From Flavobacterium sp. (GTDB lineage: Bacteria > Bacteroidota > Bacteroidia > Flavobacteriales > Flavobacteriaceae), in the NCBI RefSeq assembly GCF_049318185.1, contig NZ_JBMOGV010000001.1, forward strand, positions 1 through 57,574: a DNA stretch of 57,574 bases, read 5' to 3'. The notes under the pieces are model-generated. The model saw only the letters and a list, made by a program, of their open reading frames with translations. It did not search any database and had not been told where the DNA came from. The position numbers and the translations under genes are program-made. Positions 20,843-31,372 of this stretch are shown here, one piece after another; position 1 is the first letter of the stretch; every line of letters begins with the position of its first letter.

Positions 20843-20887
20843 TATACTAAAATCTAACTGTCAACAGACAGGCACAACACACAAAAT

Positions 20888-22414
20888 ATGTCAACTACAA
20901 AAACAATCCAATCGGCGCTTATTTCTGTCTTTTCAAAAGAAGGGTTAGAACCGATTGTTCGTAAACTACACGAACAAAATGTCACTTTATATTCCACTGG
21001 CGGAACAGAAGAGTTCATCAATAATTTGGGAATTCCAGTTGTTCCTGTTGAAGAAGTTACTTCCTACCCTTCAATACTTGGCGGAAGAGTAAAAACGCTA
21101 CATCCAAAAATTTTTGGCGGAATTTTAAACCGTCAAGACAATGAAACCGATGTGGCTCAAATGAAAGATTTTGAAATTCCACAACTAGATTTGGTAATTG
21201 TCGATTTGTATCCGTTTGAAAAAACTGTAGCCTCAGGTGCAAGTGAAGCTGATGTCATTGAGAAAATAGATATTGGTGGAATTTCATTAATTCGTGCTGC
21301 TGCTAAAAATTTTAAAGACACGGTTATTGTTGCTTCAGTTAATGAATATGCTATTTTATTAGATTTGATTTCTTCACAAAACGGAGAAACAACTATAGAA
21401 CAAAGAAGATATTTAGCAACAAAAGCTTTTCATGTTTCTTCGCACTATGACTCCTCAATCTTCAACTATTTCAATGCAGATGAAACCTTTTTTAAAGTCA
21501 GTATTGCCGAGGGTCAAATATTGAGATATGGAGAAAATCCACATCAAAAAGGGTTTTTCTTTGGGGAATTTGATAAAATGTTTACGAAATTACACGGTAA
21601 AGAATTATCATATAATAATTTGTTAGATGTCGATGCTGCGGTAAATTTAATTTTAGAATTTAAAAATAACGAACCAACTTTTGCCATTTTAAAACACAAT
21701 AATGCTTGTGGCTTAGCTACAAGAAAAACTATATCAGAAGCCTATTTGGCTGCATTAGCTTGTGATCCAACTTCAGCTTTTGGTGGGGTTTTGATTGCTA
21801 ATTCAATAATAGATTTGGCAACAGCCAACGAAATAAATTCTCTCTTCTGCGAAGTGGTAATAGCACCAAATTTTGATGAAGAAGCTGTTGCCGTTTTATC
21901 TGAAAAGAAAAATAGAATTGTTTTGGTTCAACACGAAGTGGATTTACCAAACAAACAAGTCAGAACTTGTCTAAACGGTTTGTTGGTTCAAGATAAAAAT
22001 AACATTACAGACACAGTAGACCATTTAAAAGTTGTTACAAATATGGCTCCAACGGCTCAAGAAATAGACGACTTATTATTTGCATCAAAAATTTGTAAAA
22101 ACACTAAATCAAATACGATTGTATTTGCAAAAAACAAAACATTAGTAGCATCAGGAACAGGACAAACATCTCGAGTAGATGCCCTGAAACAAGCAATTGA
22201 AAAAGCACAAACTTTTGGGTTTGATTTGAAGGGTGCTGTGATGGCAAGTGATGCTTTTTTCCCTTTTCCAGATTGTGTTGATATTGCACATAAAGCTGGA
22301 ATTACAGCTGTAATTCAACCTGGTGGTTCGATTAAAGATGAATTGAGTATTAATTTTTGCAACGAAAATAAAGTTGCAATGGTATTTACAGGAACACGTC
22401 ATTTTAAACATTAA
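20888..22414 (+). CDS. purH: Bifunctional AICAR transformylase/IMP cyclohydrolase
   Basis: GGRVKTLHP, IDIGG, LRYGENPHQ, SDAFFPF and GTRHFKH motifs. Confidence 0.98.
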   Translation: MSTTKTIQSALISVFSKEGLEPIVRKLHEQNVTLYSTGGTEEFINNLGIPVVPVEEVTSYPSILGGRVKTLHPKIFGGILNRQDNETDVAQMKDFEIPQLDLVIVDLYPFEKTVASGASEADVIEKIDIGGISLIRAAAKNFKDTVIVASVNEYAILLDLISSQNGETTIEQRRYLATKAFHVSSHYDSSIFNYFNADETFFKVSIAEGQILRYGENPHQKGFFFGEFDKMFTKLHGKELSYNNLLDVDAAVNLILEFKNNEPTFAILKHNNACGLATRKTISEAYLAALACDPTSAFGGVLIANSIIDLATANEINSLFCEVVIAPNFDEEAVAVLSEKKNRIVLVQHEVDLPNKQVRTCLNGLLVQDKNNITDTVDHLKVVTNMAPTAQEIDDLLFASKICKNTKSNTIVFAKNKTLVASGTGQTSRVDALKQAIEKAQTFGFDLKGAVMASDAFFPFPDCVDIAHKAGITAVIQPGGSIKDELSINFCNENKVAMVFTGTRHFKH

Positions 22415-22420
22415 TTTGTT

Positions 22421-22428
22421 TAACTTTG
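22421..22428 (+). promoter_or_regulatory. -7 box TAACTTTG for the mreB operon
   Basis: TAnnTTTG 39 nt upstream of the ATG. Confidence 0.6.
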
Positions 22429-22467
22429 TACGTTAATTTTTTATAAACATTAAACCATAAAAAACCT

Positions 22468-23496
22468 ATGGGATTTTTTGATTTCATGACTGAGGACATC
22501 GCTATTGACCTTGGTACAGCCAACACTCTGATAATACACAACGATAAAGTTGTAATTGATAGCCCGTCAATTGTTGCTAGAGATAGAATATCGGGGAAAA
22601 TTATCGCTGTTGGAAAAGAAGCCAACATGATGCAAGGTAAAACCCATGAAAACATAAAAACTATTCGTCCATTGAAAGATGGGGTTATAGCCGACTTTGA
22701 CGCATCTGAAAAAATGATTTCGATGTTCATCAAAAGCATTCCTGCGTTAAAGAAAAAAATGTTTACACCAGCACTTAGAATGGTAGTTTGTATTCCTTCA
22801 GGAATTACAGAAGTAGAAATGCGTGCGGTTAAAGAAAGTTGTGAACGTGTAAACGGAAAAGAAGTATACTTAATACACGAGCCAATGGCTGCAGCAATTG
22901 GTATTGGTATCGATATTATGCAGCCAAAAGGAAACATGATTGTAGATATTGGTGGTGGAACCACAGAAATTGCGGTGATTGCACTTGGAGGAATTGTTTG
23001 TGATAAATCGGTTAAAATTGCTGGTGATGTTTTTACAAATGACATCGTTTACTACATGAGAACACAACACAATTTATTTGTAGGAGAAAGTACAGCAGAA
23101 AAAATTAAAATTACTATTGGAGCGGCCACAGACGATTTAGAAACACCTCCAGATGATATGTCAGTTCAAGGACGAGACTTATTGACTGGAAAACCCAAAC
23201 AAGTAGAAGTCTCATACAGAGAAATTGCTAAAGCTTTAGATAAATCTATTCAACGTATTGAGGATGCTATTATGGAAACCTTATCGCAAACACCACCTGA
23301 ATTAGCAGCCGATATTTATAATACTGGAATTTATCTTGCTGGTGGAGGTTCAATGTTGAGAGGATTAGACAAACGTATTTCTCAAAAAACAGATTTACCA
23401 GTTTATATAGCGGAAGACCCATTAAGAGCTGTAGTTCGTGGAACAGGAATGGCGCTTAAAAATATCCCTAAATTCAGAAGCATATTAATAAAATAG
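22468..23496 (+). CDS. mreB: Rod shape-determining protein MreB
   Basis: IDLGTANT, RPLKDGVIADF and DIGGGTTE motifs. Confidence 0.98.
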   Translation: MGFFDFMTEDIAIDLGTANTLIIHNDKVVIDSPSIVARDRISGKIIAVGKEANMMQGKTHENIKTIRPLKDGVIADFDASEKMISMFIKSIPALKKKMFTPALRMVVCIPSGITEVEMRAVKESCERVNGKEVYLIHEPMAAAIGIGIDIMQPKGNMIVDIGGGTTEIAVIALGGIVCDKSVKIAGDVFTNDIVYYMRTQHNLFVGESTAEKIKITIGAATDDLETPPDDMSVQGRDLLTGKPKQVEVSYREIAKALDKSIQRIEDAIMETLSQTPPELAADIYNTGIYLAGGGSMLRGLDKRISQKTDLPVYIAEDPLRAVVRGTGMALKNIPKFRSILIK

Positions 23497-23510
23497 TGTT
23501 TCCCGTAAAA

Positions 23511-23544
23511 TACTGAGTACTGAATACTGAAACTGAACACTAGA
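23511..23544 (+). repeat. Degenerate heptamer array (TACTGAA)
   Basis: tactgag tactgaa tactgaa actgaa cactaga, ending 5 nt before the mreC ATG. Confidence 0.75.
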
Positions 23545-23549
23545 AAACG

Positions 23550-24377
23550 ATGCAGCAAATATTTAATTTTATACTTAAAAACAGTAATCGCTTACTGTTT
23601 TTGCTGCTTTTGGTAATATCCCTTTCACTGACAATTCAATCACATTCTTATCACAAAAGTAAAATCATTAGTTCAGCTAATTTCTTTACTGGCGGTATTT
23701 ATGAAAAGATAAATAACATTGATGAATATTTTGGTTTGAAATCACAAAATGACGAGCTTGCCAAAGAAAATGCCCGACTAAAAACGTTGCTTTTCAATCA
23801 AAGAGACACTACAAAACTTCCTCAGATAGATTCCATTAAAGGCGTTAATAAAATAGATATTCTAGTTTCAAAAGTAATTCGGAATCCTTATAGTTCGCTG
23901 GAAAATTTCATCACTATTAACAATGGCTCAACCTCAGGTATAAAACCTAATATGGGTGTAATAAATAGTGCCGGGATAATTGGAATTGTAGATAACACTT
24001 CTAAAAATTATGCAACCATCATTAGCGTTTTAAATGTTAATATCAAAATAAACGCCAAAATTAAAAAATCAAATCACTTTGGCTCTTTAGTTTGGAATGG
24101 AAAAAGCACAGGATTTGCTCAACTAATTGATGTGCCAAGATTAGCTGGTGTTCGAAAAGGTGATACTATTGTTACTGGTGCAGAATCTAGGGTTTTCCCA
24201 GAAAATATCGGCATCGGTACAATTGATAAAGTTTATATTGATAACGAAACTAACTATTACACTTTAGATATAAAATTATTTAATGACATGACTAATTTAG
24301 GACATGTTTATGTCATTAAAAATAAGGATGCCGATGAAATAATCAATTTAGAAAACAAAAGCAAAAAAGATGAATAG
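23550..24377 (+). CDS. mreC: Rod shape-determining protein MreC
   Basis: N-terminal TM helix, coiled coil (ELAKENARLK), GDTIVTG and FPENIGIG motifs; operon position. Confidence 0.93.
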   Translation: MQQIFNFILKNSNRLLFLLLLVISLSLTIQSHSYHKSKIISSANFFTGGIYEKINNIDEYFGLKSQNDELAKENARLKTLLFNQRDTTKLPQIDSIKGVNKIDILVSKVIRNPYSSLENFITINNGSTSGIKPNMGVINSAGIIGIVDNTSKNYATIISVLNVNIKINAKIKKSNHFGSLVWNGKSTGFAQLIDVPRLAGVRKGDTIVTGAESRVFPENIGIGTIDKVYIDNETNYYTLDIKLFNDMTNLGHVYVIKNKDADEIINLENKSKKDE

Positions 24378-24873
24378 TGCATTAGGAAATGTTGCCCGTT
24401 TTGTCTTGTTGCTTACCGCACAGGTTTTGATATTCAATAGAATTGATCTCTTCGGATTTATCAACCCATTCCCATACATTCTTTTTATTATTTTGTACCC
24501 TGTAAACGGAAATAAAACAGGACTTATAGTAGCTAGTTTCTTTCTAGGACTGCTTATGGATATGTTTTGGAATTCTGGTGGAGTTCATGCTGCTGCTTGT
24601 GTTGTTCTTGCTTATTATCGACCATCAATTTTTAAATTTTCTTTTGGTTTAAGTTATGAATATCAAACCGTTAAACTAAATGATATTTTAACTCCCGAAC
24701 GTTTTTCTTTTATTCTAATTGCTGTTGTAATCCATCATGCTATTTTATTTTTTCTTGAAATTTTTAAAATTAGTTTCCTTTGGGATATTTTAGCGCGAAC
24801 CGTTTTGAGTACTATTTTTACAATTACCTCTTGCATAATTATCATTTATATCATTAAGCCTAGCAAAAAATGA
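24370..24873 (+). CDS. mreD: Rod shape-determining protein MreD
   Basis: Polytopic membrane protein with GLLMDMF..SGGVHA, between mreC and mrdA. Confidence 0.88.
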   Translation: MNSALGNVARFVLLLTAQVLIFNRIDLFGFINPFPYILFIILYPVNGNKTGLIVASFFLGLLMDMFWNSGGVHAAACVVLAYYRPSIFKFSFGLSYEYQTVKLNDILTPERFSFILIAVVIHHAILFFLEIFKISFLWDILARTVLSTIFTITSCIIIIYIIKPSKK

Positions 24874-26813
24874 GAAAAGTTTTATTGCCTACAATCATTT
24901 TCATTGCTACTATTTTACTTGTAATTCGTCTTTTTTATTTGCAAGTAATTGATGATACTTTAAAATTAAAATCAGATAATAATGCTATAAAAATAAATTA
25001 TGATTATCCTGAAAGAGGCTACATATATGACAGAAATGGTAATTTATTAGTTGCAAATCAGCCTTCTTATGATATTATGGTAATCCCAAAAGATGTCAAA
25101 GAAATAGACACTTCTGAATTTTGTACATTGTTAAAAATCACCAAAGAAGATTTTTTAAAAAAGATAGCAAAAGCAAAAGTCTATAGTCCAAGATTACCTT
25201 CAGTTTTCCTTTCTCAGCTTAACAAAAAAGAATATGCAGCTTTTCAAGAAATTGAGAGAAAATTTGCTGGATTTTATATTCAAAAACGTTCATTAAGAGA
25301 CTACCAAGTGCCCTGTGGAGCAAATGTTTTTGGATTTATTACACAAGTAAATGACAAAATAATTTCCAAAAACAAATACTACAATAGTGGCGATTTAATT
25401 GGTAGGCAAGGAGTTGAAGAAAGTTATGAGGAAATTTTAAGAGGTATCAAAGGAGTAAAATACATCCAAAAAGATAAATACAATCGTGAAATAGGTTCTT
25501 ATAAAGAAGGTCGATTCGATACAATTGCTGTGCAGGGTAAAGACATAAATTTAACCTTAGACGCAGAACTTCAAAAATATGGTGAAGAATTGATGATTAA
25601 TAAACGCGGTGGAATTGTCGCTATAGAACCAAAAACTGGTGAAATTTTAGCATTAGTTACTGCTCCATCCTATGACCCTGCAATATTAGTAGGCAGACAG
25701 CGTTCTAAAAATTATACTATGTTGTATCACGATTCTATCGCAAAACCATTGTACGACAGAGGTCTTTTAGCTCAATATCCTCCTGGATCACCTTTCAAAA
25801 TATTAACTGGCCTAGTAGCATTACAAGTAAAAGCTATAGATGAAAATACTAGCATAATTTGTAATCACGGATTTAGCTTTGCACCAGGCAGATTCATGAG
25901 ATGCCACTGTCATGGCGGAGTAATACAATTGCATCGCGGAATTTATGAATCATGTAATACCTTCTTCTCTACTTCCTATATGCGAACACTTGATAAGTTC
26001 TCAGATCCATCTGTAGGAGTTGATGTTTGGAGCAAACACTTAAAAACATTTGGCCTTGGAGAATTTATGGGCTATGATTTACCTACCGGTAGAAAAGGAA
26101 ACATACCTACATCAAAAACCTATAACAAAGTATATAAAGGATGGCGTTGGAGTAGTAAAACTATTGTATCCAATGCTATAGGACAAGGGGAGGTTTTAAT
26201 GACTCCTATGCAATTAGCCAATATGATGGCTACAGTTGCAAATAGAGGTTTTTACTTTACCCCTCATATTGTTAGAAAAATCAAAGGCCAAATCATTGAT
26301 AAAAAATTTACAACAAAGCATAAAACTACCATAAACAGAAGATACTTTGAAACTATGATAAGTGGGCTATTTGATGTATATAATTTTGGTACAGCGCATG
26401 GATTAAACGTTGATGGAATAGATATATGCGGGAAAACAGGTACCGCTGAAAATTTTACCAAAGTTGATGGCAAACGCGTACAACTCAAAGACCACTCGAT
26501 TTTTGTAGCCTTTGCTCCAAAAGATAATCCAAAAATTGCCATTGCCATACTAGTGGAAAACGGTGGATTTGGTGCTACTATAGCTGGACCGATAGCCAGT
26601 TTAATGATTGAAAAATATATCAAACACAAAATAACTCGTAAAGATTTAGAAACACGTATTTTAGCAAAAGACTTACAGCCAGAATACAACCGTTTTATTT
26701 CGAAACCAATAAGAGACACTTTGATTAATACCAAAGTTACAATAAAGGAAAAAGCTGTAGTTACTATAAAAGATACCAGTGGAATTAAAAAGAGAACTGC
26801 TCTAAAACCTTAA
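24870..26813 (+). CDS. mrdA: Penicillin-binding protein 2
   Basis: RGYIYDRNG, YPPGSPFK (SxxK), SCN (SxN) and KTGTAE motifs. Confidence 0.95.
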   Translation: MRKVLLPTIIFIATILLVIRLFYLQVIDDTLKLKSDNNAIKINYDYPERGYIYDRNGNLLVANQPSYDIMVIPKDVKEIDTSEFCTLLKITKEDFLKKIAKAKVYSPRLPSVFLSQLNKKEYAAFQEIERKFAGFYIQKRSLRDYQVPCGANVFGFITQVNDKIISKNKYYNSGDLIGRQGVEESYEEILRGIKGVKYIQKDKYNREIGSYKEGRFDTIAVQGKDINLTLDAELQKYGEELMINKRGGIVAIEPKTGEILALVTAPSYDPAILVGRQRSKNYTMLYHDSIAKPLYDRGLLAQYPPGSPFKILTGLVALQVKAIDENTSIICNHGFSFAPGRFMRCHCHGGVIQLHRGIYESCNTFFSTSYMRTLDKFSDPSVGVDVWSKHLKTFGLGEFMGYDLPTGRKGNIPTSKTYNKVYKGWRWSSKTIVSNAIGQGEVLMTPMQLANMMATVANRGFYFTPHIVRKIKGQIIDKKFTTKHKTTINRRYFETMISGLFDVYNFGTAHGLNVDGIDICGKTGTAENFTKVDGKRVQLKDHSIFVAFAPKDNPKIAIAILVENGGFGATIAGPIASLMIEKYIKHKITRKDLETRILAKDLQPEYNRFISKPIRDTLINTKVTIKEKAVVTIKDTSGIKKRTALKP

Positions 26814-26824
26814 TTTCTCGAAAA

Positions 26825-28084
26825 ATGAAAAATCAGAGTGTAACGAATAATTTGGATTGGATAAGTGTAGTTATCTATATTACATTGTTAATAATGGGTT
26901 GGCTCAATATTTATTCTTCTTCACTATCAACCATTGCAGAAGAAACTTCTATTTTTGATTTCACTCAAATTTATGGAAAACAATTCATGTTCATCTTGTT
27001 GACCATACCAGTAGTCTTTATTGTACTTTCTGTAGATGGAAAATTCTATGAAAAATTTTCAAGTGTTATATATGTAATTGGATTATTATCCTTAGCTGGA
27101 TTATTTGTCTTTGGAAAAACTATTAAAGGACAAGCCAATTGGTATTCGTTTGGCTCTTTTGGTTTACAACCCTCTGAGTTTGTTAAAGCTGCAACTGCTT
27201 TGGCTTTAGCAAAATATTTAAGTGATGTTCAAGTAAATTTAAAAGATACTAATCGGCAAATTCAAGCACTTGGAATTCTTGGGTTACCCATTTTGTTAAT
27301 TTTACCTCATGATCCAGGGAGTGCTTTAATTTATAGTGTTTTTATTTTAGTTTTATATAGAGAAGGTTTGCCATCATGGTATGTTTGGACAGGATTTATT
27401 GCATTAATCCTTTTTGTCTTTGCCTTAATTATAAAACCTCTTGTGTTAACAGGAATTGCTTTAGCAGCTATTATTTTTATTTATTACAGAAGTAGAATTA
27501 TAAATCGTAATTGGATACTTAGCAGTATTATTTTCGTAATGATAGGTGGTTTTGTTTTTTCTGTAGATTATGTTTTTGAGAATGTATTTAAACAACATCA
27601 TCGCGATCGTTTCAATATACTTTTAGGCAAACAAGTAGATATGAAAGGTATTGGTTATAATAGTAATCAGTCTGAAATAGCAATCGGATCGGGCGGTTGG
27701 TTTGGAAAAGGATATCTTGAAGGAACGCAAACAAAAGGTGGTTTTGTGCCAGAACAACATACCGATTATATTTTTACAACCGTAGGTGAAGAATGGGGTT
27801 TTATTGGCTCTTTGTTTGTTATTGCTTTATTTGTTTGTTTAATTATACGGATTATTTATTTATCGGAACGACAGAAGACCAAGTTCAGCAGAGTCTATGG
27901 CTATTGTGTTGCTGGAATTTTATTCATACATTTCTTTGTTAATATAGCTATGGTTATTGGTATTTTTCCAACTGTTGGAATTCCGCTTCCGTTCTTTTCT
28001 TATGGGGGTTCAGGTTTATGGGGATTTACCATTTTACTTTTTATTTTCCTAAAAATGGATGCTAATAAAGTAAACGAGTGGTAA
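26825..28084 (+). CDS. rodA: SEDS glycosyltransferase RodA
   Basis: QPSEFVK, PEQHTDYIF and PLPFFSYGGS motifs. Confidence 0.95.
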   Translation: MKNQSVTNNLDWISVVIYITLLIMGWLNIYSSSLSTIAEETSIFDFTQIYGKQFMFILLTIPVVFIVLSVDGKFYEKFSSVIYVIGLLSLAGLFVFGKTIKGQANWYSFGSFGLQPSEFVKAATALALAKYLSDVQVNLKDTNRQIQALGILGLPILLILPHDPGSALIYSVFILVLYREGLPSWYVWTGFIALILFVFALIIKPLVLTGIALAAIIFIYYRSRIINRNWILSSIIFVMIGGFVFSVDYVFENVFKQHHRDRFNILLGKQVDMKGIGYNSNQSEIAIGSGGWFGKGYLEGTQTKGGFVPEQHTDYIFTTVGEEWGFIGSLFVIALFVCLIIRIIYLSERQKTKFSRVYGYCVAGILFIHFFVNIAMVIGIFPTVGIPLPFFSYGGSGLWGFTILLFIFLKMDANKVNEW

Positions 28085-28113
28085 TATTATAATTGAATAT
28101 TAAAATATTTAAC

Positions 28114-28146
28114 AAAAAAATACCGCTGATTAGCGGTATTTTTTTT
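28114..28146. terminator. Bidirectional intrinsic terminator
   Basis: AAAAAAATACCGCT-gatt-AGCGGTATTTTTTT between rodA and prc. Confidence 0.85.
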
Positions 28147-28160
28147 ATTGGAAAGCTATT

Positions 28161-30344
28161 TTAGGACTTTACTACTTTATCTTTTTTAACTTTAGTAGTT
28201 AATCCTTTACCATTTTCAGATTGTAAATCGTTTAATATATGAATAGCCTCTTCTATATATATATCTTTTGACAAGCTTTCATGCCATCTATCTCTTTTCT
28301 CTTTAAGAATAGAATCTTTTGACATCGCTTCTAATTCATAAGGTAGAGATTTGAATTCAAATATGTTTTTGTAGTCCGCAATTGACTTATATTTTTTGTT
28401 TTTTTCTTCTAAAGATTTTTGTTCTGCCTTAAATTTATCAATATTTAGGCTATAAACATTTTCTTTATTTCTATCATCGAGCCACTTAGCATTTTCATCA
28501 ATCAATTTCATTTGTGGATTAGCTTGCATTCGGGTTTTACTTTTTGAAATAGCCAAATCAAAATTGTTTTGTTTGTTCCAAACTTGATAATCAGCAGGAT
28601 CAATTTTATCCCATGGCATAGCATTATCCATGTCTTTTTCACCCATTTTAAGATAGGAATATCTATCTGGAATAGCAATATCACTCTTCACTCCTTCTAA
28701 CTGAGTAGAACCTCCATTTATTCTATAGAATTTCTGAGTAGTTGTTTTTAATGCTCCTAAATCTCCATAGGTACTTCCACGAACAAATTGATTTAAATCA
28801 ATAACATTTTGTACTGTTCCTTTTCCATAGGATTGCTTACTACCTATTATAACTCCTCTTTTATAATCTTGAATTGCAGCAGCTAAAATTTCTGAGGCTG
28901 ATGCTGAAAATTCATTTATCATAATTACTAATGGTCCATCCCACTGCACTTTTATGTCTCTATCATAAAGCACTTCTTTTTTTCCGGCAGATGATTTAAT
29001 TTGAACAATTGGTCCTTGCTCTATAAACAAACCAGCAATATCAACAACAGTTTTTAATGAACCGCCACCATTATCTCTTACATCCATCACAATTCCTTGA
29101 ACACCTTCTTTTTTTAATCTTTCTACTTCAATGGCAACATCTTTACCTGCATCACGACTATTTTGATCTTCAAAATCAATATAAAATTTTGGAAGATAAA
29201 TAACGCCATATTTTAGTCCGTCCTTTTCTACCACACTAGATTTTACATACGTTTCTTCAATTTCAACCTGATCTCTTATAATAGTAATTACTTTGATTGC
29301 GCCATCTTGTCTTTTTATGGTCAATCTAACTTCAGTCCCTTTTGGACCTTTAATTTTTTTAACTACATCATCCAATCTCATACCTACAACATCTATAGGT
29401 TCAGCATCTGCTTGAGCAACTTTTAATACTATATCTCCTGCTTCTAGTTCTTTTCCTCTCCATGCTGGTCCGCCTGAAATCAATTCAGTTATTTCTGTGA
29501 AATCTCCTTTCTTTTGCAAACGTGCACCAATGCCTTCTAACTTTCCACTCATACTAACATCAAATCGCTCTTTTTCACTTGGTGCCATATAGGAAGTGTG
29601 AGGATCAAAACGAGAAGCAATAGTATTCACATATACTGAAAACCAATCTTCTCTATCTAAATCCGCAATAAAATTAAAATTGTCATTCAATGAATTTAGA
29701 GTACTCTCTCTTGTTTCTTTTTCTAATTGTTCAAATGTTTTAGGCTCTGATTTTTTTGTTTCATCTTTATTTTTTAATTTATCTTCTTCCAATTTTTGTT
29801 TTTCAACCAAGGAAGATAAAGCCGATAATTTAACCTGCAAACGCCATCTTTCTTCTAATTCCTCTTTAGATTTAGCAAAAGGTATTTTTTCATAATCGGT
29901 ATTAAAATTCTCCACTTTTTTATAATCAAAAGGTTTTTCTAGAGCGGTTTTATAATAGCTTTTACTTTGCTCCATTCTTTGCATTAAACGATTATAAGTC
30001 AAATCAAAAAAAGTTAAATCTTTATCTTTTATTTGTTCATCTAATTTTGTTTCATAGCTAGAAAACTCCTGTATATCTGATTGCAAGAAAAAACGCTTAG
30101 AAGGATCTAAGGCATTCAAATAATCTTTATAAACCCCTTTAGAAAATGCGTCATCAATAGCAGCAGGATTGTAGTGCCCCTTTTCGATTACAAAAGTTAA
30201 TAACTCAATAAGTAATTTATCTTTTTCTGGATCTGTTGGATTTTGTTTTGGAATAAGAGTAAAACTCACCAACCCTACTGATAATAGTGCAATTATCAAT
30301 AGTATTTTATAGTTTCTTTTCATAAATTGAATTATATTATTCAT
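28161..30344 (-). CDS. prc: Carboxy-terminal processing protease (S41A, Prc/Tsp)
   Basis: DPHTSY, PDZ GIGA, DVRDNGGGSL, SASASEI and GKGTVQ motifs. Confidence 0.93.
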   Translation of the reverse strand: MNNIIQFMKRNYKILLIIALLSVGLVSFTLIPKQNPTDPEKDKLLIELLTFVIEKGHYNPAAIDDAFSKGVYKDYLNALDPSKRFFLQSDIQEFSSYETKLDEQIKDKDLTFFDLTYNRLMQRMEQSKSYYKTALEKPFDYKKVENFNTDYEKIPFAKSKEELEERWRLQVKLSALSSLVEKQKLEEDKLKNKDETKKSEPKTFEQLEKETRESTLNSLNDNFNFIADLDREDWFSVYVNTIASRFDPHTSYMAPSEKERFDVSMSGKLEGIGARLQKKGDFTEITELISGGPAWRGKELEAGDIVLKVAQADAEPIDVVGMRLDDVVKKIKGPKGTEVRLTIKRQDGAIKVITIIRDQVEIEETYVKSSVVEKDGLKYGVIYLPKFYIDFEDQNSRDAGKDVAIEVERLKKEGVQGIVMDVRDNGGGSLKTVVDIAGLFIEQGPIVQIKSSAGKKEVLYDRDIKVQWDGPLVIMINEFSASASEILAAAIQDYKRGVIIGSKQSYGKGTVQNVIDLNQFVRGSTYGDLGALKTTTQKFYRINGGSTQLEGVKSDIAIPDRYSYLKMGEKDMDNAMPWDKIDPADYQVWNKQNNFDLAISKSKTRMQANPQMKLIDENAKWLDDRNKENVYSLNIDKFKAEQKSLEEKNKKYKSIADYKNIFEFKSLPYELEAMSKDSILKEKRDRWHESLSKDIYIEEAIHILNDLQSENGKGLTTKVKKDKVVKS

Positions 30345-30493
30345 TAATTTTTTGGTCTAAATTAATCAAAAAACTATCCTATATGTTTCTTGAAAAGATA
30401 ATTTTTTGTTAAAAAAAGTTGTTGAAATTGATATAATGAGATTAACTCACCAAAGTTATTAAAAATGTAGCTTTATAAAACTTTAAAAAAAGT

Positions 30494-30501
30494 TAATTTT
30501 G
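30494..30501 (+). promoter_or_regulatory. -7 box TAATTTTG for surE
   Basis: TAnnTTTG 51 nt upstream of the ATG. Confidence 0.5.
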
Positions 30502-30552
30502 CAATCTGACAGTTAATTACAAAAACTATGCTATAATTTATAAATTAAAAAA

Positions 30553-31323
30553 ATGATTTCTAAACCAACTATCTTAGTTACAAATGATGACGGCATAAAT
30601 GCTCCAGGAATTCGTGCCTTAATTGCTGTAATGGCAGAAATAGGTGAAGTTATTGTTGTTGCACCAGATAGTCCTCAAAGTGCAATGGGTCATGCTATTA
30701 CCATAAACAGCACTTTATATTTAAATAAAATTTCAAAACAAAATGCTGTAATTACTGAATATAGTTGTTCTGGAACTCCGGTAGACTGTGTAAAATTGGC
30801 AGTCAATGAGATTTTGAAAAAGAAACCTGATTTATGTGTGTCAGGTGTTAACCATGGTTCAAATGCTTCGATTAATGTAATATATTCAGGAACTATGAGT
30901 GCGGCTGTTGAAGCAGGAATTGAAGGTATTCCAGCCATAGGGTTTTCATTATCAGACTATGATTGGAATGCAGATTTTGAAACTATTAAACCTTTTATCA
31001 AGAAAATTGCTTTGGAAGTTTTAGCAAAAAAAATGATGGAAGGCACAGTTTTGAATGTTAATTTTCCAAAATTAAAACAAGAAGACATCAAAGGAATAAA
31101 AATTTGCAGACAAGCAAAAGCTATTTGGATGGAGAAATTTGACAAAAGACAAACTCCCTATGGCAAAGATTATTATTGGTTAACAGGAGAATTTGTTAAC
31201 CAAGACAAAGGAGAAGATACCGATGAATGGGCTTTGGCAAATGGTTATATTTCTATTGTGCCAGTTCAGTTTGATTTGACAGCTCATCATGCTATTCAAC
31301 ATTTAAATTCTTGGGATTTATGA
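30553..31323 (+). CDS. surE: 5'/3'-nucleotidase SurE
   Basis: ILVTNDDG, GTPVDCV, SGVNHGSN and YSGT motifs. Confidence 0.97.
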   Translation: MISKPTILVTNDDGINAPGIRALIAVMAEIGEVIVVAPDSPQSAMGHAITINSTLYLNKISKQNAVITEYSCSGTPVDCVKLAVNEILKKKPDLCVSGVNHGSNASINVIYSGTMSAAVEAGIEGIPAIGFSLSDYDWNADFETIKPFIKKIALEVLAKKMMEGTVLNVNFPKLKQEDIKGIKICRQAKAIWMEKFDKRQTPYGKDYYWLTGEFVNQDKGEDTDEWALANGYISIVPVQFDLTAHHAIQHLNSWDL

Positions 31324-31372
31324 CAATTGAGAGCGAATGCTTTTTATTCATATAACAAATAGGTAAGTAGAA

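Noticed and set aside
20704-20887. ZTP (pfl) riboswitch upstream of purH
   Set aside because: The leader after the -7 box is only about 40 nt and lacks the GC-rich conserved aptamer elements.
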